Assembly (NCBI GenBank): GCA_964270895.1
Contig: OZ185453.1
Strand: one strand, 5' to 3'
Source of the DNA: Podarcis filfolensis
Lineage: Eukaryota
Length of the DNA: 64,000 nt
In this document: positions 38,243 through 50,076 of the stretch, piece by piece
How positions within the stretch are numbered: position 1 is the first letter of the stretch
Layout: each line of letters begins with the position of its first letter
Program-made: the position numbers and the translations under genes
Notes under the pieces: generated by a model
Seen by the model: the letters and a program-made list of their open reading frames with translations, nothing else
Database searches by the model: none
What the model was told of the DNA's origin: nothing

Positions 38243-38826
38243 ACAGGAAGATAACTTCGCATCAAATGCAGACCTCAGTCTTCGTGACTCTTATATCTCT
38301 AAATCCTCTAAATAAATAGTCACTCTGATTTGAAATACAGTAGATACAGCTTCACACCCAACAGCTGTCAAGTGGGGAAGCACAGCAGCAATGAGTGCTC
38401 CAGTGTGCCATTTTGGAGAGCTTGGAGTCTTTCTTTCTGGACTTTTGGCTCACTGATGTCCTCTTTGGGCTTTGAGGAGAGTCTCCTCATGAGCCGCAAG
38501 GAGTGTCCCGCTCTCTCCCACCATTTCAGGTTAGAATTGAATTATTAATTTACTTCCCAGCACCGCACATATACATAGTCACGAGCACGTGGATTGCACA
38601 TAAGTGGGGGTGCCTGTAATCTGTTTTACCTTTCAATGTAATTGACTTAGACATGTACAAAACACTAACTGTAGATCACGGGAACAGTATATCTGCCCCA
38701 ATTTGTTCATCTGGGTTTTTCTTTCACTCTCAAATGCAGGATATTTGAGTATTTCAGAAATCTACGTCAATAACCATCAACCCTGTTAACCAGAAAACTG
38801 GTTCTTTCAACTTGTTCTTTGGGGAA

Positions 38827-38833
<7 letters not shown>

Positions 38834-38909
<76 letters not shown>
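38834..38909. repeat. (CT)n(CA)n compound microsatellite
   Basis: Seen directly, adjacent to an L2 3' end. Confidence 0.95.
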
Positions 38910-38911
<2 letters not shown>

Positions 38912-39290
38912 TTTATTTGTATGCCACCTTTCCACAGTTCAAACCATGCTCAAGGCAGCTTAAAACATGAAAAGAATGCATAACTACGTCATAAGAAAAG
39001 AAGTCATAAAAATTAAACCAAACATTAAAAATACACCACCAAACTGAACAATGTCCACATCTAAAATAAAGATACAAAAAAATACAATAGTAACAAACTC
39101 CCCCTCAACAAAACACCACAAACACCTCAGACCAAGGGTCTGTTCAGCAGCCTTAGCTTTTGTAGCTGGAGTCAGTCAAGGCCCCATACTTCCAAGCCAG
39201 TTGGAAAAGGCCTGCAGGGCAGAGAACAGGTCTTCCAGGACTCACAGTCACACACTTCATGGCTTTTGAAACTGAGGGGGCATGGCAAGG
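38910..39290 (-). mobile_element. Degenerate L2 LINE 3' fragment
   Basis: ttttatttgtatgccacctttcc...ctcaaggcagctta 3' end, and ggaaaaggcctgcagggcagagaacaggtcttccagg, typical of L2 3' regions. Confidence 0.55.
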
Positions 39291-39414
39291 GATCAAGGAA
39301 AAACGTGAAAGCTTTTCACTAGACTAGCACAATGTCTTCAGTTCTGATCATAAGGCCCAACAAAATGTGTTGTTAGATGCATTATTTCATTTAATAGGTT
39401 GCATCCAGCATTAG

Positions 39415-39660
39415 AGTTATAGAACTGTAGAGTGGGAAGGGACCATGAAGATCTCTTCATCTAGTCCAGTGTTTCCCAACCTTGGGTCTCCAGCTAGTTT
39501 TGGACTACAACTCCCTTCAAAACAGCTGGAGATCCAAGGTTGGGAAACACTGATCTAGTTGAAGCCCCTGCAAAGCAAGAATCTCTTCTCCCCCCCGTGG
39601 GGTTTGAACCCATGACCTTGAGATTAAGTGTCTCATGCTCTACCAAGTGAGCTATACCAG
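39415..39660 (-). mobile_element. tRNA(Lys)-like-headed SINE with CR1-type tail, interrupted by a MITE
   Basis: The reverse-complement head tagctcacttggtagagcatgagacacttaatctcaaggtcatgggttcaaacccc resembles tRNA-Lys(CTT). The tail is cttccc...ctctacagttcta. Confidence 0.7.
39467..39552. mobile_element. 86-bp hAT MITE
   Basis: TIRs cagtgtttcccaaccttgg / ccaaggttgggaaacactg; TSD atctagtc (39459-39466) / atctagtt (39553-39560). Confidence 0.85.
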
Positions 39661-39704
39661 CTTTTTAATATCATGTCCATTGAAAGCAGCTTGGGAGGAA
39701 AGGA

Positions 39705-39853
39705 NNNNNNNNNNNNNNNNNNNNNNNNNNNNNNNNNNNNNNNNNNNNNNNNNNNNNNNNNNNNNNNNNNNNNNNNNNNNNNNNNNNNNNNNNNNNNNNN
39801 NNNNNNNNNNNNNNNNNNNNNNNNNNNNNNNNNNNNNNNNNNNNNNNNNNNNN
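39705..39853. other. Assembly gap (N run)
   Basis: 149 N. Confidence 1.
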
Positions 39854-40739
39854 CAGCAACCCATAACAAACTACAGTGCCCAGAATTATTTGAAGGAAAG
39901 TGTGTATTTTCAAATATGGTTTAAATATATTATGTATACACAGTCTAAATTTCATTGAGATAAATGGAGCCTACTCCCAGGTATGGAGGTAAAGGACCGG
40001 AGCCCTAAGCTTCTATATATAGACCTTACGGAAACTGGTGGTGTAGCATGTTTTTGACAATTTTTACACAGCTATGGATATAAATTTAGAACAATTTCAC
40101 CAAATAAGTGGAGAATGAAAACAATGGCATCAATCTTTCAGAAGAGAATATATTCATCATCATTGAAGAACAAGGAGGATTTTGTGCATCTTTCATGAAT
40201 TTGTCTGCAATTTTGCTTCATGATTAGTAGTTGAGAACATGCTAAAGTGCTCCTCCTGTTGCATTTTCTGTTCTTTGTCCAGAGCTGGATTTTTGTAAGA
40301 AACAATTTGCTCAGAAGTAAGTCCCCCTGATGTTCAGTGGGTCTTACAGCTCAGCAACTCTTCATAGTGTTGCAGCCTTACTTATTTTATTTCTGCCCTG
40401 TGTTTCTTCTAGGGATTTGAGATCCTCTTTTAAGCAAGCACATACCACATGCCAACCTGCTTGGTTGCAAGAAGGTTGCAGCATCATGTTTCCCCCCAAA
40501 AAACACGCTCTGGACTTTGAAGTAAAAAGAAGTGTAAACTCTTAACATGCTTATCCAGAGCTATGAGATTGCTTTGAGTTTGCTAGTTTCCAAACTGTGC
40601 TCTATGGATGACCAATGGCATGTCTGTGGATTTGTGGTTGAAGACTAGACATGGTGCATCCTGATACAGCAAATATTTATATACTAATTTTAAATTCTAT
40701 TTTTATTGCTTCCTTCATTTTTAAAATTTTATTCAAATT

Positions 40740-41012
40740 GTAAGACAATTGGTAGAAAACAAAACACTTAATCTCAGGGTTGTGGGTTTGAGCCCCCACA
40801 TAAGAGTCCTGCTTTGCAAGGGGTTGGACTAGATTAATGATGGCAAACTTGGCCTCCAGCTGTTTTGGGACTATGACTCCCATCATCCCTAGTTAACAGG
40901 ACCAGTGGTCAGGGATGATGGGAGCTGTAGTCCCAAAACAGCTGGAGGGCCGAGTTTGGCCATCACTGGACTAGATGGCCCCTTCCAACTCTACAATTCT
41001 GTGATTCTATAA
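40740..41012 (+). mobile_element. tRNA(Lys)-like-headed SINE with CR1-type tail, interrupted by a MITE
   Basis: Head cacttaatctcagggttgtgggtttgagccccc; tail gcaaggggttggactagat|MITE|gactagatggccccttccaactctacaattctgtgattcta. Confidence 0.7.
40835..40968. mobile_element. hAT MITE (~135-bp family)
   Basis: TIRs taatgatggcaaact / agtttggccatcactg; TSD gactagat at 40827-40834 and 40969-40976. Same family as 46669-46804. Confidence 0.85.
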
Positions 41013-41120
41013 GGAATAAAAGAAGCCACAAGAACAGAATTAAAAACCATACAGCATCTAGCACAGCACCTTGCAGTTGCTTACAAGAAGCAGAGAATTC
41101 ATTAAATGATCTGCCAAGAC

Positions 41121-41618
41121 CAGGGGTCTGCATCCCGCGGCTCCGGAGCCACATGTGGCTCTTTTACACCTTTGCCGCGGCTCTGGGGCGGATACTAGCG
41201 AGGGGAGGAGGCACATTGTGCGCCCTGACACTCCCCACTGTGGCGGGCACTGTACTGGCTGTGACGTCGCATGGGGGTGGTGCGTGCGTTAGTCACGCAC
41301 CGTCCCAACGTCACCTTCCCACCCGCCCGCCTGCTACATTGTAAGGGGCATGTACGCTGGTCACTGCATTGAAAGGGGGCATGTACTCTGGTCACTGTTT
41401 TGAAGGGGAGTGAAGAACACACACACACAAAAGGTAACTTGTTAATTTAACGTTTATTTCTATGAGGAGGAGTAATTCTGAGGGGTCAAACAAAGAAATA
41501 ATAAAAAAGTGACAAAAAAGTTATTTTTATAATGACGAGTTTTGCGGCTCCCAGTTTTTTTTTTCCTTCGGAAACGGGTCCAAGTGGCTCTTTTTGTCTT
41601 AAAGGTTGCAGACCCCTG
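41121..41618. mobile_element. hAT non-autonomous element, 498 bp
   Basis: TIRs caggggtctgca / tgcagacccctg; perfect 8-bp TSD gccaagac at 41113-41120 and 41619-41626; CpG-rich left half. Confidence 0.88.
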
Positions 41619-42087
41619 GCCAAGACCCTTTGCAATTTTCAAGTGGTCCATGGGACAAACGATTTGGGAACCCCCACTGTAGTTCACAGGAGATACTTTC
41701 CAATCAGTGTTCGTTTGTTTCACAGCAAGGCAGCTTTCAAAAATTTAAGTTTACAATAAAGCACCACAGTCTAAAAGGGCAACAGAAGCACAGCAGAATA
41801 TGAACCACCACCAAGTAGCACAAAAGCAAAGTGCAGAAGATCACAACACCTGGGAAAAAGACACATATTGGTGCCAACAGGGCGTCAGAGTAGGTCCCAG
41901 GTGAGTCTCCCTAGGATGAGCATTGCACAGTCAGAAGACTACCACCTCCAGCCTCTCCCCACAGCTCAGATGACGGAGGCTCCCATGTGATAATCACGCC
42001 ACTTACAGGTAACAGCATGGCAGCTGTGCTTTCTAGAAATTGCAGCTTGGAACTGTCTTCAATGGCAGCTCTGTATATAATGCATTA

Positions 42088-42483
42088 AGGTAAAAGGTAA
42101 AAAAGGTAAAGGACCCCTGGATGGTTAAGTCCAGTCAAAGGCGACTATGGGGTTGCGGCGCTCATCTCACTTTCAGGCCGAGGGAGATGGTGTTTGTCCA
42201 CAGACAGCTTTTCTGGATCATGTGGCCAGCATGACTAGACCATTTTTGGCGCAATGGAACACCGTGACAGAAACCAGAGCACACGGAAACACCGTTTACC
42301 TTCCTGCCACAGCAGTACCTATTTATCTACCTGCACTGAGGTGCTTTTGAACTGCTAGGTTGGCAGGAGCTGGGACAGAGCAATGGGAGCTCACTCCATT
42401 GCGGGGATTCAAACTGCCGACCTTCCGATTGGCAAGCCCAAGAGGCTCAGTGGTTTAGACCACAGCACTACCCACATCCCTTT
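42088..42483 (-). mobile_element. Sauria SINE
   Basis: 14-bp TSD tatataatgcatta at 42074-42087 and 42484-42497. Confidence 0.9.
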
Positions 42484-45140
42484 TATATAATGCATTACAG
42501 TATCAGTGAAGCCAGGCTTCCACGTTCCAAGCAGAGATATAACTAAGGCACCAGCCAACGCTGTTAGAAGACGCTTAAGGGGACAGAGCCATGAAATGGC
42601 CCAAAATAAAATGTCTGAGAAGTAGTTAAGGATTCACATTTGGTCAGTTCAATCTGTGTGCAATGCACACACAGAGATCAAAGAACTATATATATTGTGC
42701 AAAAGTGGCAAGAGGTTTAGTACAGTTTGTGACAGTCTGAAGGAAAGGAACAAGTTTGGCATGTAAGAAAAGGTCTTTGTAGCACCCAGTGAAAAATGCT
42801 GAGAGTCTCCACATCCACTTCAGCTTATATCCCAAGTATCTGGGAAGCCAGAGGTCATGGGAAGAGTCGAAAAAAGCACAACTCAGCAAGCATCACAGGA
42901 AAGGATGCAGAGCAGGTGGACTGCCTCAATTATCCAAGCTCTATGATGAATGAGGACTGTGCCTGCTCTTGAAAGGTCTGCGGGATGCCGAACATGTTTC
43001 AGTTGCTAGTAGCACATCAGTGTTGAAGAGAGGAGCAATTCCAGCGCAAGGCTTGGGTTTGCATAAGCAAATGCAGTTATCTGTAGAAATGGATAGGAAG
43101 GAGGTTCATCTAAAGCAGAAATGGGTGTGCTTCACCAGCTGAAGGAGCAAAGCTCTCCCTATGAAAATGGTACTGATCAATTGGAGCCTAATGGCAGGTG
43201 TACTGCATAAAAAGAGAAGAGGTTGCAAAATGCAGGGGAAGTGAAGGAGCAGACTGAAATGCTTTGAGATGCAGTCTGGCTGGTAGGTAGCTTGATGCTA
43301 TGAGTCATCCAGCTCTCAGATTAGCAGATGTGGGAATCAGAATGTTGATTCCCTTACTTTATATTCGTTGTAAGAAACACTTGTTTTAACAAGAACAAGG
43401 AAAAATTTCTCACTGCTAGTATCTAACCTTAAGCCACCTTCACATGGAGATTGTCAACTTGTATCTGAGAAGCACCACTTCCAACTGAAGGGGGGAAATT
43501 GTATTACGATTGAATAAACTTTCAATTCAGATGATGACGATGGTGAGAATGATCCTTCCACATAGAAAGTAAGCCAGCCAAAGAGAAAGCTAACTATAAT
43601 TCTTATGCCTCACATCTAGTTTTCTACACATGGAGAATTTTTTTTCCAATTGGAGAAATGTTCAGTTATGTGAGCCTGTAGTCTCAGTGAGACAACTTGC
43701 CCTTATTTATTTAGAGTGTGCATGTCCTTGTTTACTTATTTGAAATATTTATATGCTTGCCCTTAACCCAAAGTTCTCAGGGTGAGGTACAATCACCCAT
43801 AAAAAACCCCATGAGAATATAAAAAAATGCAACCTATCACATCTGACATCAACATCAGTTTCCAAATGCCTGTGCAAAAAGCCACATTTTAACCAGATAT
43901 ATCTGAACTTTCTCAATAGTATGAGACTAAGAAACCTCTCCCAGCAGATCTTAACTCGCAGGCAGGATTATACAAGGATAGATGTTCATGAAAGTCAAGG
44001 CAGCTTCAAGCAGCAACTAGCTTCACCCAGACCTCTTTTGTATGCCTTCAGGCCATATCCTGGGCTGTAGAATTGTGGTACGTTATCATGAGTAAGAGGT
44101 GAAGCTCCCAACTGATCATCATTCAGCAAGAGAAATTACTTTTGTGTAATACATTTGTATCAGTTGGTGTGAAGAGAATATTGTGCTGTTCTGCTGAGGT
44201 AGGAACACTTATAAAAGTGAGAAACTCATACGACATATTCACTGTTCTGGATGTGTTCCAATAATAGCATAGCACTTGTATGTTGCATTTGCATTACTGG
44301 ATTAATATATCAGTGGAGCTCCTGGTCTGGAAATTTTTTTTGTTTTGACATGGAAAAGGTGCTCTTGCACTGACATATCTTGGTGAAGCCGCCTTGCTGA
44401 AATTTGTGGCTTCACTCTTATTCTGGTTCCAGAAACCACTGCCTGGTTGAGAAGGCTTGAATGAGTCATTATAAGAAAATACAAAACTTATTGCATGCAC
44501 AACAAAACTCCTTCAGGAGAAATATTAGAAGAATTAACGATACAGGATGACGGTACAAAGTATCTTCTGCGGTGTAACACAAAAATGCAAAGCATAATAA
44601 CTCATATAGCGTTACGGCTTAATTGGAAGCACAAATGTTTATAAACTGCTTGCTCAGCATCCAGTCTCCCACTGAGAACCGACAAGGGAAGATGCCAAGC
44701 CTAACAGAACTGTGCCAATAGTCTCAATAGATTGAGTTCATCTCACCTCTCACAGCTGGTAAGAGAATGAAGTTCGGAGAATTTGGAAAACAGCTGTTAG
44801 TATCGGCAAACATCTTGCTTTTCTTTTGCCTATATAAATGATAGCCTAGGGACAATTTGGTGTCCAAAATCATGAATATTTATTTAAAAGACAATGACTG
44901 GGTAATAATGGGAGAATCTGTGTCCATTATTTAAACATTGTCATTTAAACCCATGCCAAGCAGGTAGAAGAAAGCACTTGTTATTCCTGGTCTGTTCTTG
45001 GAGCACAACATGGCAAAAGCTAGTCTTTTACAGGTTGAAGGAGAACTTACTGAACTGTCTTTTTAGAAAACATTTTCCAAGTTGATTTGTATACTGAGGA
45101 ATCTCCTGCATGTTGGTGGGAATTTAAGGCCAGGGACTCA

Positions 45141-45406
45141 TAGAGTTGCCATATTTTGATGAGCAAAAAAGAGGACACACCTGCCAACTTCTACAACTTC
45201 TACATAGCAACTATGGATTGCTATGACAACTCTCATTTTAAATACCCCTACTATATGTAGGCTATAGAATCTGTGATATATTGCTAGTAGCAAAGTTCTT
45301 AACGTTCAACAGCAAAATAACTTCACCCATTCTGGGTGAATTGACAGAGCTTTTACCCCTGAAAAAGAGGATGTGTTCGGGGAAAAGAGGACGTATGGCA
45401 ACCCTA
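45141..45406. mobile_element. Degenerate TIR element (TAGGGTTGCCA-type termini)
   Basis: Inverted termini tagagttgccata / tatggcaacccta with internal aagaggac motifs. No TSD was recovered. Confidence 0.45.
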
Positions 45407-46668
45407 GGATGGAGAACCTGTGGCCCTTCTGGCTGGAGATCCGTAGTTCTGAAGAGAACCTTCTCTTCTACAAAATGCTTAACTTGGCAGAACTCTTAGG
45501 CAGTAATCCTCATCCCTTGGACTATTATTTACACTAGGATCCAGTAAAAACATGCATAAATCAGGCGTGTAGATCATTTGGAGAATTGCTCTGCATCCCA
45601 GTAAATAAAACCTAGAAGGAAATAGAAAAGAATGCAAAAGAATGTAAACAGCTGTGCGTTCCTTACCAGTGATCAACATACATTGGTTTCTTGACCAAAG
45701 TGCAAACTTTCTTCATATTTTAAAGCTAATTGGGCCTATCAGTTGAATGCTAAGTCACATAGTAAGAAGACAATAGAATGACCAGTTTTCTGTGCCACGG
45801 AAGATCACTTGAACATTTCTCATCCCTATAGTATAAGAATACACACATATGCATCCACAAGAATACATTTATTTTCCTACAGGAAAGATAAGCACATCCT
45901 CTGTTTGCATGATACCCAGAAGCAGAAGAGTGTGGAGGGGCGGTCACTTGTATATGTTCTCTCACGGCTTCTCCCAGTGTTCAAACTCTTAAAGGAGTGT
46001 TGAATATACAGAAGAAATGGTGTCCTCTTCTGTTCCACTTTGCCTAGAGCCAAACCTATGTTCTTTAAACATTTATTTAACTCTCTCTCTCTGATAACAT
46101 TTATGATTATGCAAATCACCAAGTGAGTTTATTTCCTTAGGCTGAACTTCCCAGACCGTTCTACCACTGCAAATGTATCAATATCAAAAGAGTCTGCACT
46201 GCCACAGAGCTCTGAGAATCAGACTTTATGTGCATTTCCTTTACATAGGGATGTGCAGAATGCTGATTAACTATTAATTGTTGTTAAATTGCTTCAATTC
46301 ATTTGCATATAAGAGGCATACTTCAGTTTAATACTGTTCTTAATCACTGATCATGTTCTTTATGGCAAGTCTTTAAATTCTGGTTCTAAGAGCCCAAGTT
46401 CAGCATGCTACAATTATAGAATTGTGGAAATCCTATTATGTGCTTTTTGTTATCAGTTGTGATTTTTGCATTTGCCTTCATCCTTGCAATCTGCTCTCTC
46501 TCTCTCTCTTCCTCCTTTTCTCCTCTACTTTTTGCTCCTAAGAATCAATCATTGTCTTCTAATGCTTGGCTACTGATTTAACCTCACATCCAACCAAGCT
46601 GAGCAAACATTTAGAGTTCCTTGTCCTATAACTGTGAGATCATTTCACTTACTATAGATGGTCTATAG

Positions 46669-46804
46669 CAGTGATGGCCAGACTTGGCCCTCCAGCTGTT
46701 TTGGGACTACAACTCCCATCATCCCTAGCTAACAGGACCAGTGGTCAGGGATGATGGGATTTGTAGTCCCAAAACAGCTGGAGGGCCAAGTTTGGCCATC
46801 ATTG
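46669..46804. mobile_element. hAT MITE, 136 bp
   Basis: TIRs cagtgatggccagacttggccctccagctgttttgggactaca and its inverse; TSD gtctatag at 46661-46668 and 46805-46812. Confidence 0.9.
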
Positions 46805-46927
46805 GTCTATAGGCAGCACAACGCATTTTGGTGCTTGAGATGAAAAAAATCAAATGGCACCAGTACCACAAATATGATAATTAACGAAACAGTTTACCAT
46901 TTGCTGCCTTTTCATGGTACCTCCCCC

Positions 46928-46930
<3 letters not shown>

Positions 46931-46970
<40 letters not shown>
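46931..46970. repeat. (AC)n microsatellite
   Basis: Seen directly. Confidence 0.95.
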
Positions 46971-46972
<2 letters not shown>

Positions 46973-47813
46973 ACTTCTGCTTTCTACTGCTTCCTCACCC
47001 TGTCTCATGACAGAACTGGTCCTCCTTTGCTTCCCTCCTTCCATTTCAATTGCCAGTACCCAATATATCTGTTTGGTCGTTTTAGTTCTGCTTCCTCTGT
47101 TTGCCAGTATCCTGATATCCTGAGCCTTTAGTATGGTATACCTGAATGGCAGATCAAAGCTCTAAAAGTTATTGTTTTCCATTCAGCCTTTTTAAGATTC
47201 ATTTTTGTGTTTTTCATGCTGATAATGCTGCCAGAAGTCTACTTTGTAGATAATGACTTAAGGGAACAAATATCTAATCTAAATTTATCGGCTCATTAAC
47301 AGATCCAGGGCAGGACACTAGAAAATACGAGTATATAAACAGGGAATCAAGTGAAAATTATCACAATTTTTGGGCAAATAATTACTTATAGGCCCTCAAC
47401 TGTGATTACTAACCTAGAATTACTTTCTCTGCAGTGTTGCTGTCCAAGGTCTGCCCAGATCAGGCAGGTCAAGCACCGGATATGTGTTTTAATGTATAGA
47501 ATAGACTGTTTAGATTGATGAGATTCATGTTCTCCACGCAGCCATGATGTTCTCAGGGTGACCTTGGGCCACTCATTTTCTCAGGTGTGGTAGAATGAAC
47601 TCAAACAGATAATGATCTGGATTAAAAAACGGCCACGACTTAACTGATTACAGGTGTAGGTGGAACTTTGGCTCAGGCATTGGGTGTATATTGATTTCAG
47701 CCTCTTGCTGGAGGGCTGAAACAACATTGGGTTGTGCCAAGGAATTTGGGCCTCCCCCAAGACACTGACCTGCCAAGGTGGCCACCCTAAGGCTGCCACT
47801 GGAAGCTATATGG

Positions 47814-47949
47814 CAGGCATAGGCAAACTCAGCTCTCCAGATGTTTTGAGACTACAATTCTCATCATCCCTGACAACTGGTCCTGTTAGCTAGGGATGAT
47901 GGGAGCCATAGTCCCAAAACATCTGGAGGGCCAAGTTTTCCTATGCCTG
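47814..47949. mobile_element. hAT MITE, 136 bp
   Basis: TIRs caggcatagg / cctatgcctg; TSD ctatatgg at 47806-47813 and 47950-47957. The body is related to 46669-46804. Confidence 0.88.
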
Positions 47950-48019
47950 CTATATGGCCTGTCTGCCCCACACTTGGCTTCTGGACAGAGATTTCCACCG
48001 AGACCCCTATAACAGGGTA

Positions 48020-48875
48020 CCTGATTACATTGCTCATTCAGGACAGGATGATGCGCCATTTCACCCCAAAGCTTGAAGACTAGGATCCTTGATGCCTCCC
48101 TTTCCATGGAGGCGCAGGTTACAGCAACAGCCAAGGTGACATTTTTCCATCTTCGCCGCATCAAGCAGTTGGTCCCTTACCTTTCCCGCCCCAACCTGGC
48201 CACAGTGATCCATGCGACGGTCACTTCCAGGCTTGACTACTGTAATTCTTTCTACATGGGGCTGCCCTTGAAGCTGTCCCAGAAACTCCAGTGGGTGCAG
48301 AATGCTGCAGCAAGGCTCCTCACAGGGTCTCTACCATGGAAGCATATTCACCCAGTGCTTTTCCAGCTGCACTGGCTCCCGGTGGAGTACAGGGTCAGAT
48401 TTAAGGTGCTGGTTTTGACCTTTAAAGCCCTTCATGGCCCAGGACCCTCGTACCTACGGGACCACCTCTCCTGGTATGCCCCACGGAGGACCTTAAGGTC
48501 CATAAATAGCAACACCCTAGAGGTCCTGGGCCCTAAGGAAGTTTGATTAGCCTCAACCAGAGCCAGGGCCTTCTCAACACTGGCTCCGGCCTGGTAGAAC
48601 GCTTTGTCACATGAGACCAAGGCCCTGCGGGATCTGATTTCTTTCCGCAGGGCCTGTAAGACAGAGTTGTTCCTTCTGGCCTTTGGCTTAGAATGTTTGA
48701 TTCCCCCCCCCCTTTTCTTTTTCCTTTCTCCTCCTGTGAAGAGGCTGCATCCTAATGTTTTACTGTTGTATTTAAATTTTTTTTAAATTGTAATTTAATC
48801 AACTTGTTTTTATTATTGGTTGTTAGCCACCCTGAGCCCAGTCTTGGCTGGGGAGGGCAGGGTAAAAATAAAAAT

Positions 48876-48906
<31 letters not shown>
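48020..48906 (+). mobile_element. L2 LINE 3' fragment
   Basis: ORF 48073-48546 contains VTSRLDYCNS, LQWVQNAAARLLTG and LHWLPVEYRVRFKVLVLTFKALHG (L2 ORF2). It ends with a (TTA)n tail at 48877-48906. Confidence 0.92.
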
Positions 48907-48908
<2 letters not shown>

Positions 48909-49696
48909 CACCTAATGTCTTAACCACCACACAAAGTAGCTTTTAAGACGCCTTGCCGCCCAACCACCTACTGTGCTGTGCAGAGTAGGCACAGCCTACT
49001 TTTATGTATTGCCAGCTGACTGGACATGGCCTGCAATGTCTGGCCAGCCAGCAAGGCTCTGACAAATTGTCATGGCCACTGATGGCCTATTTAGAGCTGG
49101 CATTTTGGCAAGGGATTCCTGCTCCTTGATTATGCCGGCCGGGGAGTTCCCTGAACAACCGGCAAAGCATGTGGGCCCTAGCTGCTGAAGATGGTGGATG
49201 GAGGCAAGGTCCGCAATTGCCACCTACCTGAGAAGGGGTGAGCGGTCATCACCTTCCATTGAACACAGCATTAAGGATGCAACATGATCCTTATTGGGGA
49301 GTAAGCCTTTGGACTGAGCAAGGCTATTTGCTGAACATACATTGAACTGAGCTGAAAGTCCTGTGCTAACAGAGGATTATTCTGTGCTGCAGCTTTGCCT
49401 TTAAGGAATCAATATGGTGATAGTTCCATACCAAACTGTAGGTAAACCGTCATAGTGGTCGTGGTGGTATATGTTTCTAGAAATCTGTAGGAATTCTACA
49501 CTACAGAGGGACCCACAGTGTTGCAGCAATATATCAATGACTCCTCTGGTGACGTGACTTAAAAGAGACATCATGGGACTACAAACGGTTTCTTGGCTGC
49601 CTTTATAAAATCCTTCCTAAACCAGGTGAGAACACAACTATAAAAATGAATAAATAGAAAGGCAGTAAACTTTAAAAGATCCACCTCATTCTGGTA

Positions 49697-49911
49697 CAGT
49701 GGTACCTCAGGTTACAGACACTTTAGGTTACAGACTCCGCTAACCCAGAAATAGTACCCCGAGTTAAGAACTTTGCTTCAGGATGAGAAGAGAAATCGTG
49801 CTGTGGCAGCGGGAGGCCCCATTAGCTAAAGTGGTACCTCAGGTTAAGAACAGTTTCAGGTTAAGAACGGACCTCCAGAACAAATTAGGTTCTTAACTGG
49901 AGGTACCACTG
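49697..49911. mobile_element. Tc1/mariner (Tigger-like) MITE
   Basis: TA flanks at 49695-49696 and 49912-49913; TIRs cagtggtacctc / gaggtaccactg. Confidence 0.85.
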
Positions 49912-50028
49912 TATTGTAAACCAAGAGTGTTTCTACACATTATGCAAATGAACTATGTAGAACTCTGAAGATGAAGGACATAGAATTCGGGAGGCAGGAT
50001 TGTACCAGAAATGCATTGGGGGGATATG

Positions 50029-50029
<1 letters not shown>

Positions 50030-50073
<44 letters not shown>
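50030..50073. repeat. (TA)n microsatellite
   Basis: Seen directly. Confidence 0.95.

Positions 50074-50076
<3 letters not shown>

Noticed and set aside
42780-43300. Coding-like purine-rich stretch (possible retrocopy or ORF1 relic)
   Set aside because: All frames have multiple stops and no family could be recognised.
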